Source: Vicugna vicugna (Eukaryota). Taken from it: DNA of 64,000 nucleotides. The translations under genes and the position numbers were made by a program. The notes beneath the pieces were generated by a model. It was not told the DNA's origin and searched no databases. It was given only the letters and a program-made list of their open reading frames with translations. The DNA is taken from positions 3,794,419 to 3,858,418 of the forward strand of contig MU058198.1 of assembly GCA_013265495.1 (NCBI GenBank). The letters are read 5' to 3'. Shown one piece after another: positions 63,469 through 64,000 of the stretch (position 1 is its first letter; every line of letters starts with the position of its first letter).

Positions 63469-64000
63469 CAGGGTTCTCCAAGTGTGTTCTGCTCACCCCA
63501 AGGCCATTTCATAGGGTTCTGCAAAGTCAACACTATTGCACAGAGATAATAAGATGCGATTTGCCTTTTTTACTGGGTTGACATTTGCACGGATGATGCA
63601 AAAACAATGAGGGGGCAGCACTGCTGGAACCTCAGCATGAGTAACGGCAGTGGCACCCAGTGTGGTACTAGTTGTCATCGTATGCAGCACCACCACACAC
63701 TCACAGTGAAAGGAAGTGCTAATTTCACTCTGAAATGTCCCTGATGAAGCAGTAACATTAATTTTATTAAATGTTACTGAATCCTGAACCTCGTATGTAA
63801 CAAAATGGAAACGATCCGTAAAGCACTTCCGCTATAAACAAAAGGACACTTCTGGTCTCCAACAAAGGCATTTGTGCAACTGAGTTGCGAGCTGAACTAG
63901 CTGCTTTTTTTTCCCCCATGAAACACCGTATTTACTTGAAAGAATGACTGACAGGCAAATTATGGTTATTCAGGCTTGGGTATTTGGCAGACATTTTCTT
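63469..64000. mobile_element. hAT-Charlie DNA transposon remnant, running off the window
   Basis: cagggttctccaagtgtg start; tgagttgcgagctgaactagctgctttttt...aaagaatgactgacaggcaaattatggttattcaggcttgggtatttggcagacattttctt is Charlie transposase-like. Confidence 0.7.

Larger units (their letters stand above)
48552..64000 (+). other. CACNG3: CACNG3 intron 1 (partial)
   Basis: GT donor at 48552; no TARP exon 2 sequence recognised before the window end. Confidence 0.9.

Overview
Mammalian genomic DNA, most likely a camelid (two vic-1-like tRNA-derived SINEs plus cetartiodactyl-type L1 3' ends), covering the PRKCB-CACNG3 junction. Both genes are on the + strand. Bases 1 to ~12,600 are the last constitutive intron of PRKCB. 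The two alternative terminal coding exons follow: PKC-betaII (12606-12764) and PKC-betaI (18585-18737), each with a 3'UTR and candidate poly(A) signal. A ~28 kb repeat-rich intergenic stretch (MaLR LTRs, L2, MIR, L1, solo ERV LTRs, DNA transposons) leads to the CpG-rich CACNG3 promoter, the exon 1 coding part (48341-48551) and the first 15 kb of intron 1. Almost all other ORFs in the track are repeat-derived or chance. The most notable unexplained structure is (i) a ~70-75 bp triplicated unit in the CACNG3 promoter carrying REST/RE1 half-sites in a composite inverted plus canonical layout, (ii) a chain of five uORFs in the CACNG3 leader, (iii) a solo LTR with a phased CCAAT array, octamer and TATA box pointing at CACNG3, (iv) a perfect 20-bp-arm hairpin downstream of PRKCB, (v) a candidate third PRKCB terminal or cryptic exon next to a (UG)n tract, and (vi) an unexplained CpG-rich first 900 bp. 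No prokaryotic-type system was seen. Repeat family names come from pattern recognition, not a database search.
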